DNA of 63,574 bases, the filler included, from Welwitschia mirabilis (Eukaryota), in assembly GCA_051453625.1 (NCBI GenBank). It is 5 parts of one record of this genome, joined end to end, with 100 filler letters (N's around TTAATTAATTAA, not from the genome) between each part and the next. Parts side by side here need not be neighbours in the genome. Positions count along the whole stretch, not along the records: positions 1 to 31,226 come from JBOZIK010000001.1; 4 more parts are not named here. One strand, 5' to 3'. The position numbers were made by a program, and so were the translations under genes. Shown here piece after piece: positions 11,884-24,049 of the stretch. The notes below the pieces were generated by a model. The model made no database searches and was not told the origin of the DNA. It saw only the letters and a program-made list of their open reading frames with translations. Each line of letters opens with the position of its first letter. The first letter of the stretch is position 1.

Positions 11884-12846
11884 TTTTTTCCTTTCTTTGA
11901 TAAATTTTGTATTTCTAGTGAATGGTTGAATTTATAAAAGTACTTTTAAAAAACTTGAAACATAATTTAAAGGAGGATTAACAACCCTCTATTCTGCAAC
12001 TAACAATAACTTTAAGAAACCTTTACTCTTCATTAAAAATAGGGTTTCTTCATTTATATTTTGGACAAACTAAACATTAATACTAACTATAAACATGTAA
12101 CAAAGTAGTATCAAACAAAATAAAGGTAAAAACAAGAAGGGAAATCTCCTCCTTAAATTATTTCTAAACTATAAGCTAATGGGTGGGAAGTCCTCCTAGA
12201 GAAAATTGTGAACCTAGTAAATTCCCCCAATTGCTTAGTATCATTAATTATATTTTTGCTATAATTTTTCCTTGGACATGAAATGATAGATCTCTTTGGT
12301 TCTTCTATTAATAAGCATTCCTAGGCATTATTGATTTTGATGGTCTTCTCAGGGCCTCTTAGGTCCTATGTCTACTTTTGACTAGATGCTAGACCAAGAC
12401 AATTTTCTATGTGCCTTAGTAATTTAATCATTTGAGGATCTAGGCTTAAGGCCCAGAGTTACATAATAATCTTCCACTACTTAATTAACTCAATTTCATC
12501 ATATTTCACTTGTTTTTCTAATCTAATAACTCTTAATCATTAGATATCTCTAAAATGGATTCTTTTATAGCTATAGAAGATTTATAATATGAAGCCTTTT
12601 ATTTCCTCTCCCTGACCTTCTCCTCTTCCTCATCACTCTATGTGATGATGATCCTTTAGTGGGTCTAGGACCTAAGCCATATAGTCTAACTGGCTTTGTA
12701 TCTACTAGATGTTCTTTAGGGTTTCCCTTTGCACTGGCTACTCTCACCTCTCATTTTCCCCTATAGCGTGTTCTCTTAAGCTAGGAAACTCTCCTTTCCT
12801 CCTCTTTCTTATGCTTTTTTTTGCCAGTGACACTTTATCTACATGC
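11884..12846 (-). mobile_element. Decayed 5'-truncated LINE-like 3' end of a different family, carrying a J-domain remnant
   Basis: Minus strand 12474-12291 reads EDYYVTLGLKPRSSND*ITKAHRKL(fs)LV*HLVK...(fs)PEKTIKINNA*ECLLIEEPKR. It is followed by a T-rich UTR-like tract and an interrupted poly(A) (T-run at 11884-11898). Candidate degenerate TSD: AAAAATTAATA (11873-11883) and AAAAATTGACA (12847-12857). Confidence 0.68.
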
Positions 12847-14566
12847 AAAAATTGACATTTAGATCAGGTGTATATGATCAATTTAGCTTAGGAAAAGACA
12901 TTAAAATAGTCTCATTTATTATAAAATTATGTCTTCTATTCTTTTTATCATAAATTATGAAATTTTGAACTTTCCCATAACATTTTCAGATTAGTTTCTA
13001 CCTTCTAAAAGACATTCTACAAAATGAGGGAATTCCATCAGAAAACATTAATACCATCTTCTACATCATCAATGCCATCAGTCTTTTGGGCAAAATGAGT
13101 CTAAAGATACATTCTTACATCTTTATGGAAATGTCATCACATTTCACTTGTGGACTTTATTAAAAATTAAATCAGAAATAATCACCAACCTTGATAAAAC
13201 ATGGAAAAGATGCAAAGTGATACATGATAGCAACATGCCACAGTGACATGATGGTAACATTGGAAACACATGCCTAGTGTTAATTGATAAAGGCATTATG
13301 ATTCAAAGGAAACATGTTGGAGTCATTATGATAACCATCGCCTAACACAAGAAGATAATATTTACATTTCATAAGAAGACAAAGTTCTTACCTAATGCTA
13401 CGTGATGAAAATTGTAACCTCCTCTTAATGTAAGTGCCTAAAAGTATAAGCCCCCTTATGTAACTACCACTAACCACTATAAGCAAAAGATTCGTAAGCC
13501 TTTCCTCATCTATAAAATTGCATTAACCCTTCATTATAAANNNNNNNNNNGAAATACTTAATGCATTGAGAAGTCATGACTTTCTAAGCACCTTCCTTAG
13601 GAACGGACTTGTTCCGAGGCTAGTTTAAGAAGTCCATTTTAGCTTCATTTTTATTTCTTAATGTAACATATTTTCTAAATTAATCTAAGAAGAAGTTATT
13701 CATTCTTCAATTTCTATTTTACATTAATATGGTACTTTTAATCCTTATGTGAGACTCTTTCTTATATTTAATGTTATAGTGGTTGTTTATTTTTTAATTT
13801 CTAGTGCACATTAACAATTCTTAGGTGAGACTACATCATCAAGATTTTTCAAATCAAGTGAATTCTCTAAAGTTAACTTTTTAGTTATAATCATTATTAT
13901 ACTATAGGTCTTAGTTACTATTATATTTACTTTCTATGTTCACGAAGGACTATAAGGGACCAAAGTGACTATTGAATCCACTAATACTCAAGTAGTAACT
14001 GAGATTATGTTACCATGCCAGAAACATCATGAGTTAATGATTTGAAGTTATGTTTTAGGAATTATAGGAAATCATTAGATCAAGAATGGGTTGTTAGACA
14101 AACTAATTTAAATCTCTAAAGTATGTTTTTTTTCTACATCACTAACTAAAGTTTACTAAAATTTCTCAAACTCTTGATTTTACATTTGTTTAATTTTCAT
14201 TATAGGATTAAACTATTATATCACTTTTGTTATGTTTACCACAAATCTCCCTTTAAAAAGATGATACTAGATTCTTGCCTAGTTTATTTGATGTTTGCAT
14301 TTCACTAGAACAAATATGAATAATTTATAGTAAATAGATTTTTAACATCATTGTTGAAAACATTGACATAGTAGCTTTTTTAAAAGAATCATAGTTTTTC
14401 TTTCTTATAATTTTTAGTTTAGTTTTTAGTTTTCTAGTGGTTAATATTAGTCCATTTCTAGTGATATGCAAACTGCTCCTTTTCTAAATTCTATTGAATT
14501 TTCATTTTAACACTAAAATTTATTTTTCCATATCAGATCTTTTATGTTATAGGTCTAGTAAGTTTT

Positions 14567-16684
14567 TTAGGATCATTGAACTTAGAGGAAAGGGATGAAT
14601 GAGTTCTGATAAATGAGAGTTTTCTTGCAAGATAACACTGTCTTTCCTACAAGGAAATAGTGGTTTTTACAAATGCACCATGAACCTTATAATAGTGAGA
14701 GTCTTCTTGCAAGGCAGCACTCTCTCCACTGCAAGGAAATAGTACTTTTCATATGTACATCACGAACCTTATAATAGTTAGAGTCTCCTCACAAGATAAC
14801 ACTCTCTTCCCTACAAGGGAATAAGGGTTCTCTAGCTTACCAATAACCTTATAATAAACAAGCACTCACAGGCATAACCTAAAATACATGCCAGTACAAG
14901 GGTTTTCTTATAAGATGTTTGGTATTCAAGAATTGACTTACAACAATATTCAATAATAAGATAGTCTACAATGTATAATCAAAAATATAATATAATAATA
15001 AGGCTGAAGATATAGATTTAATGAAGATTTGAGATCTCTAATGTTGTTGTTGTCATCATGAGTGTTAATGAGGATTGCAACAATGAAGATCTAAGAGGAA
15101 ATGATAAAGTAATATAAGCTGCTTTGCAAAAAATGCCTTTGATTCTTTATGATAAGTCCCTTTCATCCATGCATTCATTATTCTTGATCTAATTGTTGTG
15201 TATCAAGATTCAAAATTTGAGTATTTATTAATGTTTTAAAATTGTGAAATGATTTTTAATGTCAAGGCTTTATATGATTAAATAAGATCTAGCTATTTGA
15301 GCTTGAAATATAGTCATTTAACTTTGTAATTACCATGCAATAGATAGAAAATGTCTAGACATTAAGCACATAACTTTGATTTTTATTGATGTAAACTTTA
15401 GTTCAAGACATCTTCACTTTTATAGATGTCTACTAATAGTTAAATTTCTTTACCTTATAAACATCTTTAGTTAACTTGTTTAGATTTTGATGAAATTTTT
15501 TTTTTGTAGTATCCTTAGGCCTCTTGATCATGAATACATGATCTATAAGTTCATACCTTACTTAAAATGTAATATGCTAGTCAAAAATAAAATTAACTCT
15601 ATCAGTTGTTTTACCTCAGTATAGATGTCTTCAACCATGTAAATGTTTTCATTTGTGTCAGGTTCAACTTTAAGAAAATTCATCTTGAATAATGTAGTTA
15701 TCTTTTAGCCTGTGTCTTGCATTCTACATACAAGACGTCTTTATTTTCTAGACATCTTTACTAGATATGTTTTCAACTTTTTAGATGTCTTTAANNNNNN
15801 NNNNNNNNNNNNNNNNNNNNNNNNNNNNNNNNNNNNNNNNNNNNNNNNNNNNNNNNNNNNNNNNNNNNNNNNNNNNNNNNNNNNNNNNNNNNNNNNNNNN
15901 NNNNNNNNNNNNNNNNNNNNNNNNNNNNNNNNNNNNNNNNNNNNNNNNNNNNNNNNNNNNNNNNNNNNNNNNNNNNNNNNNNNNNNNNNNNNNNNNNNNN
16001 NNNNNNNNNNNNNNNNNNNNNNNNNNNNNNNNNNNNNNNNNNNNNNNNNNNNNNNNNNNNNNNNNNNNNNNNNNNNNNNNNNNNNNNNNNNNNNNNNNNN
16101 NNNNNNNNNNNNNNNNNNNNNNNNNNNNNNNNNNNNNNNNNNNNNNNNNNNNNNNNNNNNNNNNNNNNNNNNNNNNNNNNNNNNNNNNNNNNNNNNNNNN
16201 NNNNNNNNNNNNNNNNNNNNNNNNNNNNNNNNNNNNNNNNNNNNNNNNNNNNNNNNNNNNNNNNNNNNNNNNNNNNNNNNNNNNNNNNNNNNNNNNNNNN
16301 NNNNNNNNNNNNNNNNNNNNNNNNNNNNNNNNNNNNNNNNNNNNNNNNNNNNNNNNNNNNNNNNNNNNNNNNNNNNNNNNNNNNNNNNNNNNNNNNNNNN
16401 NNNNNNNNNNNNNNNNNNNNNNNNNNNNNNNNNNNNNNNNTGCATTCTACATACAAGACGTCTTTATTTTCTAGACAACTTTACTAGATATGTTTTCAAA
16501 TTTTTATATGTCTTTAAATAATTTATTTTGGTTTTTAATAAGTGATACTTTTTGTGAAAGGTTTCCTTTGAAGATCCACCATTATTTGATGCTTATTAAT
16601 GTTTGATTTTCTTCGTGTTAACCTATCTACACAATGATACAAAGTATTTGACAAGTGGAATCATCAAAACTAGATTTAGTAATA
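14567..16684 (-). repeat. 3' LTR of the Sirevirus-type element (contains an assembly gap)
   Basis: Aligns with 22247-23842 from (T)TAGGATCATTGAACTTAGAG to GTGGAATCATCAAAACTAGATTTAGTAATA. Confidence 0.85.
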
Positions 16685-17339
16685 ATCTTACTCTTTTTGA
16701 TGATGTCTAAAACTTGGGAAATCTTGTTAGTACAACCTCATCTAATTAACTAAAATTATACATTTATACCCTAGATAAATTCTTATAATTAATGTTTGCA
16801 ATGATATTAAAATATCATGATATTAACCACTTGAAATTAGATTAAAACACATAAATATATATCACTTGAAAAATAGAATAAGATACATCTATAAACCATT
16901 TAAGTAATAACTAAACATAAAAAAATAGTAAATAAATCATGGTATTTGCCATTCAAATAAACATTTATAATGTAAAGCATAGAAGTGTTTGACAATTTCT
17001 TAAGTAAAATATACTAATGGTAATATGCCAAAAATATCAGAGGAGAGAATTGAAAGTTAAGTTTTAATAATAAATCCTGTAGCATAGTGTCTATGAAAAT
17101 ATTGATTAATAAACATTAAAACATTATATTATAAAAAAATGCATTAGTAGCATATGACATGAAGATCATGAAAGAATTTTAATAAAAAATTATTAGAATA
17201 TAACCCATTTAAGAGCATATGTCAATCATAAAAACATGTGCTAACAAGAAATACTAGTAGAAATATTAGATAACAATAATATGTGCCAAAAACATTAAGA
17301 GGAATCATCAATAATAATGATGATACTTATCAATTTAAT

Positions 17340-19189
17340 TTAATATCTCATAATCAAGAACTCCATGCCCAATAAGGTATCCTCAATCTGAAAGGTATAG
17401 TGTCCAACTGAATCCCACTAATCTGCCATTGATTTATGAATGCTTGTCCCCCTCCTCAGATAGCATAAAAGGCTCTAATCACTCAAAGATGAGTCACTTA
17501 TATAATACATGCTCTAACCTTCTTTATCACTATTGTCACTATCATGGGTGATGGAGGTTTATCAGGTGTAGGATGTTAACGAAGTGGGACGTGTAGTGTG
17601 CCTCTTCCTAAAATGATGCTTAGATGTTTACTAGGTCCTTTAAAGACCTATCTCCTCATATGTTGGTATTTTTAGGGAGTGATAGACATCTAATTATGGT
17701 ATTTTCTATAAAGGATGGAGGTAACTATATGAAGAAAAGTGTTTCTACTTGAATAGGCTCTATATGAGATGGTGGTGATGATGGTGGATGCACTGGAGGT
17801 GGGGAAGGTAAAGGTGAAGGTTATTAAACTATGAAATGTAGTGATGATCATTATGTAGGATAGTGAATATGGATCTTATGATGTAAATGATGAAAGATAA
17901 GAGGAAGTACATCCAAGATCTTAGATTTTATCTCCTATTGTGCCTGCCTCTACTGTGAAGGACTTAAAGCTTGTTGCTCCCTGTGCATAGATGCCTTTAT
18001 GAAAGCCTAGTGCTCCCTCTGATTCTATGCCTTATTTCTTGATGAATCCTCTAAAGATTCAATATACTTGAGTTACATGTTGTGCCAAGTGCAGTTGAAT
18101 GTTTTGCTTCCTCTTCTTCTTCTGATTCTTCCTCTAAATTTGATCACGTGGAAGTCCTTATGAATTCCCACCTCTCTACTAGTGCCTTGCCTTGACTTGC
18201 TGTAGATCTATGTTTCTTAAGCCTTAAAATATTTATTTCAATTTTACCCATCATTTTTGTGATGGCCTTTCATTCCTTTTTCACAGATGAAAAGTTGTGA
18301 GTAGTGGTAGAAAATAATCACTGATACCATGGTATCCTCCTTCTTGTGCCCTTACCTAATGACACTTGTACTCTACGTTTTTCACTAAAAACTGCTAATG
18401 GTTTTTTTTAGTAAATAAGAATAACTTGTGGTACAAAAATATTTGCACTACTAATGATCAAGCTAATAAGACGAGGGTGATCAAAGTCTGCTCCTTGTGA
18501 AACAATGAGATGATTTCCATGCATAGAATAAAACCCAAATCTATCTATAATCTAGTGAGTAAGTAATATACAATGAAGGTCTACATTGGTTTACAATAAC
18601 TATAACTACTTCCTCTGACCAAAATGTTGTAAAGTGCTATCAAACTAAGAATTAAGGCATTTGATATTATATTTTTACTTTCAATGTTCTCAACAAAATT
18701 CATTATACTATGTCCAAATGAAATATTTCTGATATTATGCTAAGATACACTGAGAACTCTAAAACTGAATATTTCCTTAAATGAATGAGTGTAAATCTGA
18801 GGTACATCTGAGTTATCCTTGTCAATCAGAAAATTAACAAAACTAGGAATAATGTGCAAAGAGGTATCCCTAACCTATGTTTGAAAGGCAGTTGTGCTAT
18901 CATCAATTTCATGAATGTTGACATAAGATTCTCTTACTATTGGATCTAGAATAGACTAGTATAGCTAAAAGATTATTTTCCATTTAAGGTATGCAAAGTA
19001 ATCCATAGGCTGATCTTTATACTTCTTAGATAAACCAAGGGCTCTTTCTATAATGATAGAGATTCTAAACCATGTCTTAAATCTTCTTGTAGTTGCCACA
19101 TGGTAGAACTGCAGTTTGTATTGAGATCATTATTGTTTTGAGGCTTTTTCTTTTATTCTAAAAGTTCTAGTTGCCTTTCTTCTAGTCAT
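17340..19189 (-). pseudogene. Sirevirus extra ('env-like') ORF resembling the putative plant transposon protein (Transposase_32-like) domain, with a Pro-rich tail
   Basis: MTRRKATR start. Motifs LDPIVRESYVNI..VRDTSLHIIPSFVNFL, LYNILVRG..FIVYYLLTRL*IDLGFIL and PRLISLII, then PSPLPSPPPVHPPSSPP. Many stops. The 3' boundary is approximate. Confidence 0.65.
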
Positions 19190-20499
19190 TTTTTCAATAT
19201 AAAACAAGAAACTAAACAAAAATCAATTGAAATAGAAGAAACTATTAAAAAATATGCACATGTTCAGTAGAAAACCTTGTTCTTGCTTACTGTTGAGATG
19301 TCTCAAAGATCCAAGATGTCTTNNNNNNNNNNNNNNNNNNNNNNNNNNNNNNNNNNNNNNNNNNNNNNNNNNNNNNNNNNNNNNNNNNNNNNNNNNNNNN
19401 NNNNNNNNNNNNNNNNNNNNNNNNNNNNNNNNNNNNNNNNNNNNNNNNNNNNNNNNNNNNNNNNNNNNNNNNNNNNNNNNNNNNNNNNNNNNNNNNNNNN
19501 NNNNNNNNNNNNNNNNNNNNNNNNNNNNNNNNNNNNNNNNNNNNNNNNNNNNNNNNNNNNNNNNNNNNNNNNNNNNNNNNNNNNNNNNNNNNNNNNNNNN
19601 NNNNNNNNNNNNNNNNNNNNNNNNNNNNNNNNNNNNNNNNNNNNNNNNNNNNNNNNNNNNNNNNNNNNNNNNNNNNNNNNNNNNNNNNNNNNNNNNNNNN
19701 NNNNNNNNNNNNNNNNNNNNNNNNNNNNNNNNNNNNNNNNNNNNNNNNNNNNNNNNNNNNNNNNNNNNNNNNNNNNNNNNNNNNNNNNNNNNNNNNNNNN
19801 NNNNNNNNNNNNNNNNNNNNNNNNNNNNNNNNNNNNNNNNNNNNNNNNNNNNNNNNNNNNNNNNNNNNNNNNNNNNNNNNNNNNNNNNNNNNNNNNNNNN
19901 NNNNNNNNNNNNNNNNNNNNNNNNNNNNNNNNNNNNNNNNNNNNNNNNNNNNNNNNNNNNNNNNNNNNNNNNNNNNNNNNNNNNNNNNNNNNNNNNNNNN
20001 NNNNNNNNNCACTTGCCCTTTAAAGATGTCTATAAAATTCAACATGTCTTTCACAGATACATCTACAGAATTGTAGATATTTGAAATAAAAGTTTTAGAA
20101 ACATTGAAAAATATCTACAACTACTATAATCCTAATCATAATACTTTGATAAAGTAAATAATAAACACATTATTCATCTTTTAACTACTGTTAATAAATA
20201 ATATCAAATCATAAGATAATTGTAATGTGGAGTTGAGAATTTTAAAAGATANNNNNNNNNNACTTACCTAATTGGAAAAGGCCTAATCTTCAAGTTCATG
20301 CATAACCTCATATATCTTTCTATACATTCTACTTTTAAGATCTTGTTGTCAACTGTATCACTAGTGTTCTATTTTGTATTGTCATTGTTATGCCTTGAGT
20401 TTTCATTACCAATGTGTCAAGCATGCTTCTTCTTGGTTTTAGGTGTAGTTTGTGTTATGAGAGCTAGTTTTTTTTTTTTGGTAGCCAAATTTTTCTTTG

Positions 20500-22194
20500 T
20501 TTATTCTACATAAAATACTATACCATTCTACTAGGCCTTTTGGCATTATTAGTATAATAGCTTTTTTTNNNNNNNNNNNNNNNNNNNNNNNNNNNNNNNN
20601 NNCTATTATGATAATAATAGAAAATAATATTGTATGTAAATGCTAAATGTTCATACCTTGGCTTATAGTTCCATTTTTCAGATAGAGAGGCTAAAGTGCT
20701 AGTTGTGGCTTTATTATGTCCAAGCCATTCTTGTCAATTAAACTTTTGCATTACCCAAGCATGATATTCAAAGTCTCCTTGCCTTGAATAAACCTTTTAA
20801 TAATTTTCTTTGAATTTGAAAGTTCCTATCTTACATTTTTCAAATCATACATTAGTCTACCAACCTGATCTTTAAGAGCTGATTTTTTAGAGGATAAGGT
20901 ATTATAAGAATTCTTTTCTTGTTCATATGTTTCTTCACAAGCATGAAGTAGCTTTTTTGTCTTAGTATATAATTTTTGTAGATTGATAAACTCTTTAGAA
21001 ATTATAATGCACCTTTCTTAAATACTTATATTTGTATCATCTTTACTTTTTGAATCATACACTTACTTGTGTCTTATAATTTCTTTTTGAAAGTGTGCAA
21101 TAGCCATGTAGGAAGGACGTGCTTTCTCATCATTAGATGCTTATTTTTCCATTGCCTATTCATCATTATGCCAACCTATAAATAATTATTTCTTTTTAAT
21201 TTGATCTTTCTTTTGTTCCTTATCTTATAATCTGTCAACATTAGGACATTCTGAGGCTATATATCCTCGTTCTCCACATATCCAACATTTTACTTTTGAA
21301 ATATTAGAAAATGAAATATTTTTAGAATACTTACCTTTTAACTTACCGTTGGCTGAATACCTAGATGATTTTTTGAAGTCCTCCCTTTTGTTATGTTTAT
21401 GAGCAAGAAGTCTCTTTACTCTTTTTGTGATAAAGGTAAGTTTTTCATCTTCATTAGTAGAGTCATCTTCTTCCTATTCTTTCTTTTCCTTTCATTTTAA
21501 TCTCTGATTTATGCTTTGACATGTCTTAAGTGCAATAGGTTTTTCTTTTAATTCTCTATCTGGCATGAAATTCATTATATGCTATATAAGCACTTTGTAG
21601 CTCTTTTATCTTCATTGTATTAAAATCTCTAGACTCTTCCATAGTTGTAGTTTTGGACCTATAATTAGCAATTAGAGATTTAATAACTTTTTTACTACCT
21701 TTGCTTTTGGAACATCTTATCCAATGCAATGTATTACATTTACAATATTGGAAACTCTAGTAAAATACTCATAAACTCTTTCTCCATGATTCATCTTGAG
21801 ATTTTCACTTAATTTGTCCATATTAGAAGCTTTGATTGTTTCATAATATAAGTGCCTTCGTATGTTACAACTAAAACATTCTAAACTTCTTGTGTTATCT
21901 TGAAACCTACTATTTTATTAAAGTATTCTATAGTTAAAGTAGAATAAAGTGCATTTTTAGCTTTAGAATCATACATGAAAGTATCTTTTTCTTTGTCTTT
22001 CCAATCTTTTCTTTTCTTTATCTAAGTAATGGTATTGCTTGTAGCATTTGTTAGGGTTTTTGTAGGATCTGTGTAGCCTTATTTTATCATACTTGAAACT
22101 CAAAAGACTATAAGTACACCTAGATCCTCATATTTCAATAGTCATATTTTGTTCCATCAAAGAGTGTAGGTCTAATGGATGGTATCCCTTTCAT
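20500..22194 (-). pseudogene. Copia (Sirevirus) gag remnant
   Basis: MKGIPSIRPTLFDGTKYDY*NMRI matches the SIRE gag RPPLFDG.NY..WK.RM motif. Knuckle VKCWICGERGYIASECP at ~21240-21292. The 3' boundary is approximate. Confidence 0.82.
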
Positions 22195-22246
22195 TGTTCA
22201 CTCAAAAAAGTTACTTCTTTTTATGTGTATCCATTTTACTACCACT

Positions 22247-23842
22247 TGAAGATCATTGAACTTAGAGTGGAGGGATGAATGAGTTCTACCAAATAAAAAT
22301 TTAAACTCACAACAGAATGGAAATACATAATGAAAACACCCTATCAAGATAATGTGGTTCTTCAACTTGGGTATGTCCACACATAGAGGGTAGCTTCTAC
22401 TTACACTTTCAAATATTCTTGACCTGCAAAAATAGTGATTTTTTGGAGCACCACCAACCTTATAATAAATGGGAATCTCCTTGTAAGACAGCACTTTCTT
22501 CCTCACAAGGAAATAGTGATTTTTATAGGTGCATCATAAACCTTATAACATTAAAATTTTCCTTGCAAGGTAGCACTCTCTTCCCTACAAGGAAATAGTG
22601 GTTTTCATAGGCACACGATAATCTTACAATAGTGAGAGTGTAGGGTAGCTCTTTCTCCCTCTTAAGGTAATAATAATTTTATAGCTTATTAATAACTTAG
22701 GTAATAATAATTTTCTAGCTCACCAATAACCTTATGAAAAAAAAGTTCTCACAGGCATAACTTCAAATGCACACTTGTACAAGGGCCACCTTACAAGATG
22801 GTTGATATTTAAAAATGAACTACTTATAATAATATTCAATAATAAGATAGTTTGCAACATATAGCTAAAAATACAAGATAATAACAAGCTTAAAGATATA
22901 TCTTTGATAAATATTTGAGATTCTTTATGTTATTGTTGTCCTCATGAGTGTTAATACAGATTGCAATAATAAAGATCTAGGAGCAAAAGATAAAAGTAAT
23001 GCAAGCTCCTTTTACCTGTGCATTTATTATTTTTTATTCTTCATGAGAAGTTTCTTTTACTTGTGCATTTATTGTTTTTCAGTTGATTGTTATTTTCTAA
23101 CATTTAAAAATTAAGTGTTTATTAAGATTCCAAAAATTTTAAAATGATTCTTGATGTTGAGGCTTTAGACAGTTAAAGAAGATCTAGTTATTTGAGCTTG
23201 AAAGGTAGTAATTTAATTTTATAACCACCGTGCAATAGATAGGAAATGTCTCGGCATCAAGCATGTAACTTCAGTTTTTATTAACATGAAATTTGATTCA
23301 AGACATCTTCACTTTTGTAAACATCTACTAACAGTCAAACGTATTTAGTCAACTTGCATAGATTTTGATGAAAGTTGCTTTATAGTATCCTTGAGCCTGT
23401 GTGATCATGAATCTATCATGTAGAAGTTAATTACTCACCTGAAATATAATATATTAGTTAAAAATCAAATTGATTCTATTGTCTTTTTTAACTTAATATA
23501 GACACACTCAATCATGTATACATCTTCATCTATGTCAGGTTCAATTTTCAACAAAGTCATCTTGAATAATGTAATCATCTTTTAGCTTGTGTCTTAAATT
23601 CTAATACATATAATACATATTCAATTTCCTAGAATTCTTTACTAGATATGTATTCCACTTTCCAGACATCTTCAAATAATTTATTTTTCTTTTCAATAAC
23701 TAATTATTTTCATGAGATATTGCCTTTAAAGATTCACCATTGTTTGATGCTTATTAAGGTTTAATGTTCTTTGTATTAACCTATCTACACCATGACATAA
23801 AATATTTGATAAGTGGAATCATAAAAACTATATTTACTAATA
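22247..23842 (-). repeat. 5' LTR of the Sirevirus-type element (~1.6 kb)
   Basis: Begins TGAAGATCATTGAAC next to the PBS, ends TTTACTAATA, and is followed by TSD GTTTT. Contains ~78-bp tandem repeats. Confidence 0.85.
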
Positions 23843-24049
23843 GTTTTCTATAAATTGTGACTCAAAAGAGAATAGAACAAATGAAATGATAAGAGCTAAA
23901 TCAAACTTATGTTTCTTTGTATTTCATTTTATTTTTTACAAGGTTTTTTTTGTAGGTTTCATTTCATTCTATTACTTAGTTTTTTTCACTTTTATACTAT
24001 CCATTTTTTGTCCTTTATAATATAAATTAATTTTTATAATCAATAACTT

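Larger units (their letters stand above)
14567..23842 (-). mobile_element. Sirevirus (SIRE/Maximus)-type Copia LTR retrotransposon, decayed, gag plus extra ORF, no pol visible
   Basis: Two homologous LTRs. TSD GTTTT at 14562-14566 and 23843-23847. Decayed PBS (TACTACCACT, ~22237-22246). PPT reads CATCAAAAAGAGTAAGAT on the minus strand at ~16685-16702. The LTR-end motif AGAGTGGAGGGATGAAT resembles the Sirevirus AGAGGGGGGGTGAAT. Confidence 0.85.

Noticed and set aside
14615-14860. Regularly spaced repeats that superficially resemble a CRISPR array
   Set aside because: They are degenerate tandem units without unique spacers, inside a plant retrotransposon LTR, and there are no cas genes.
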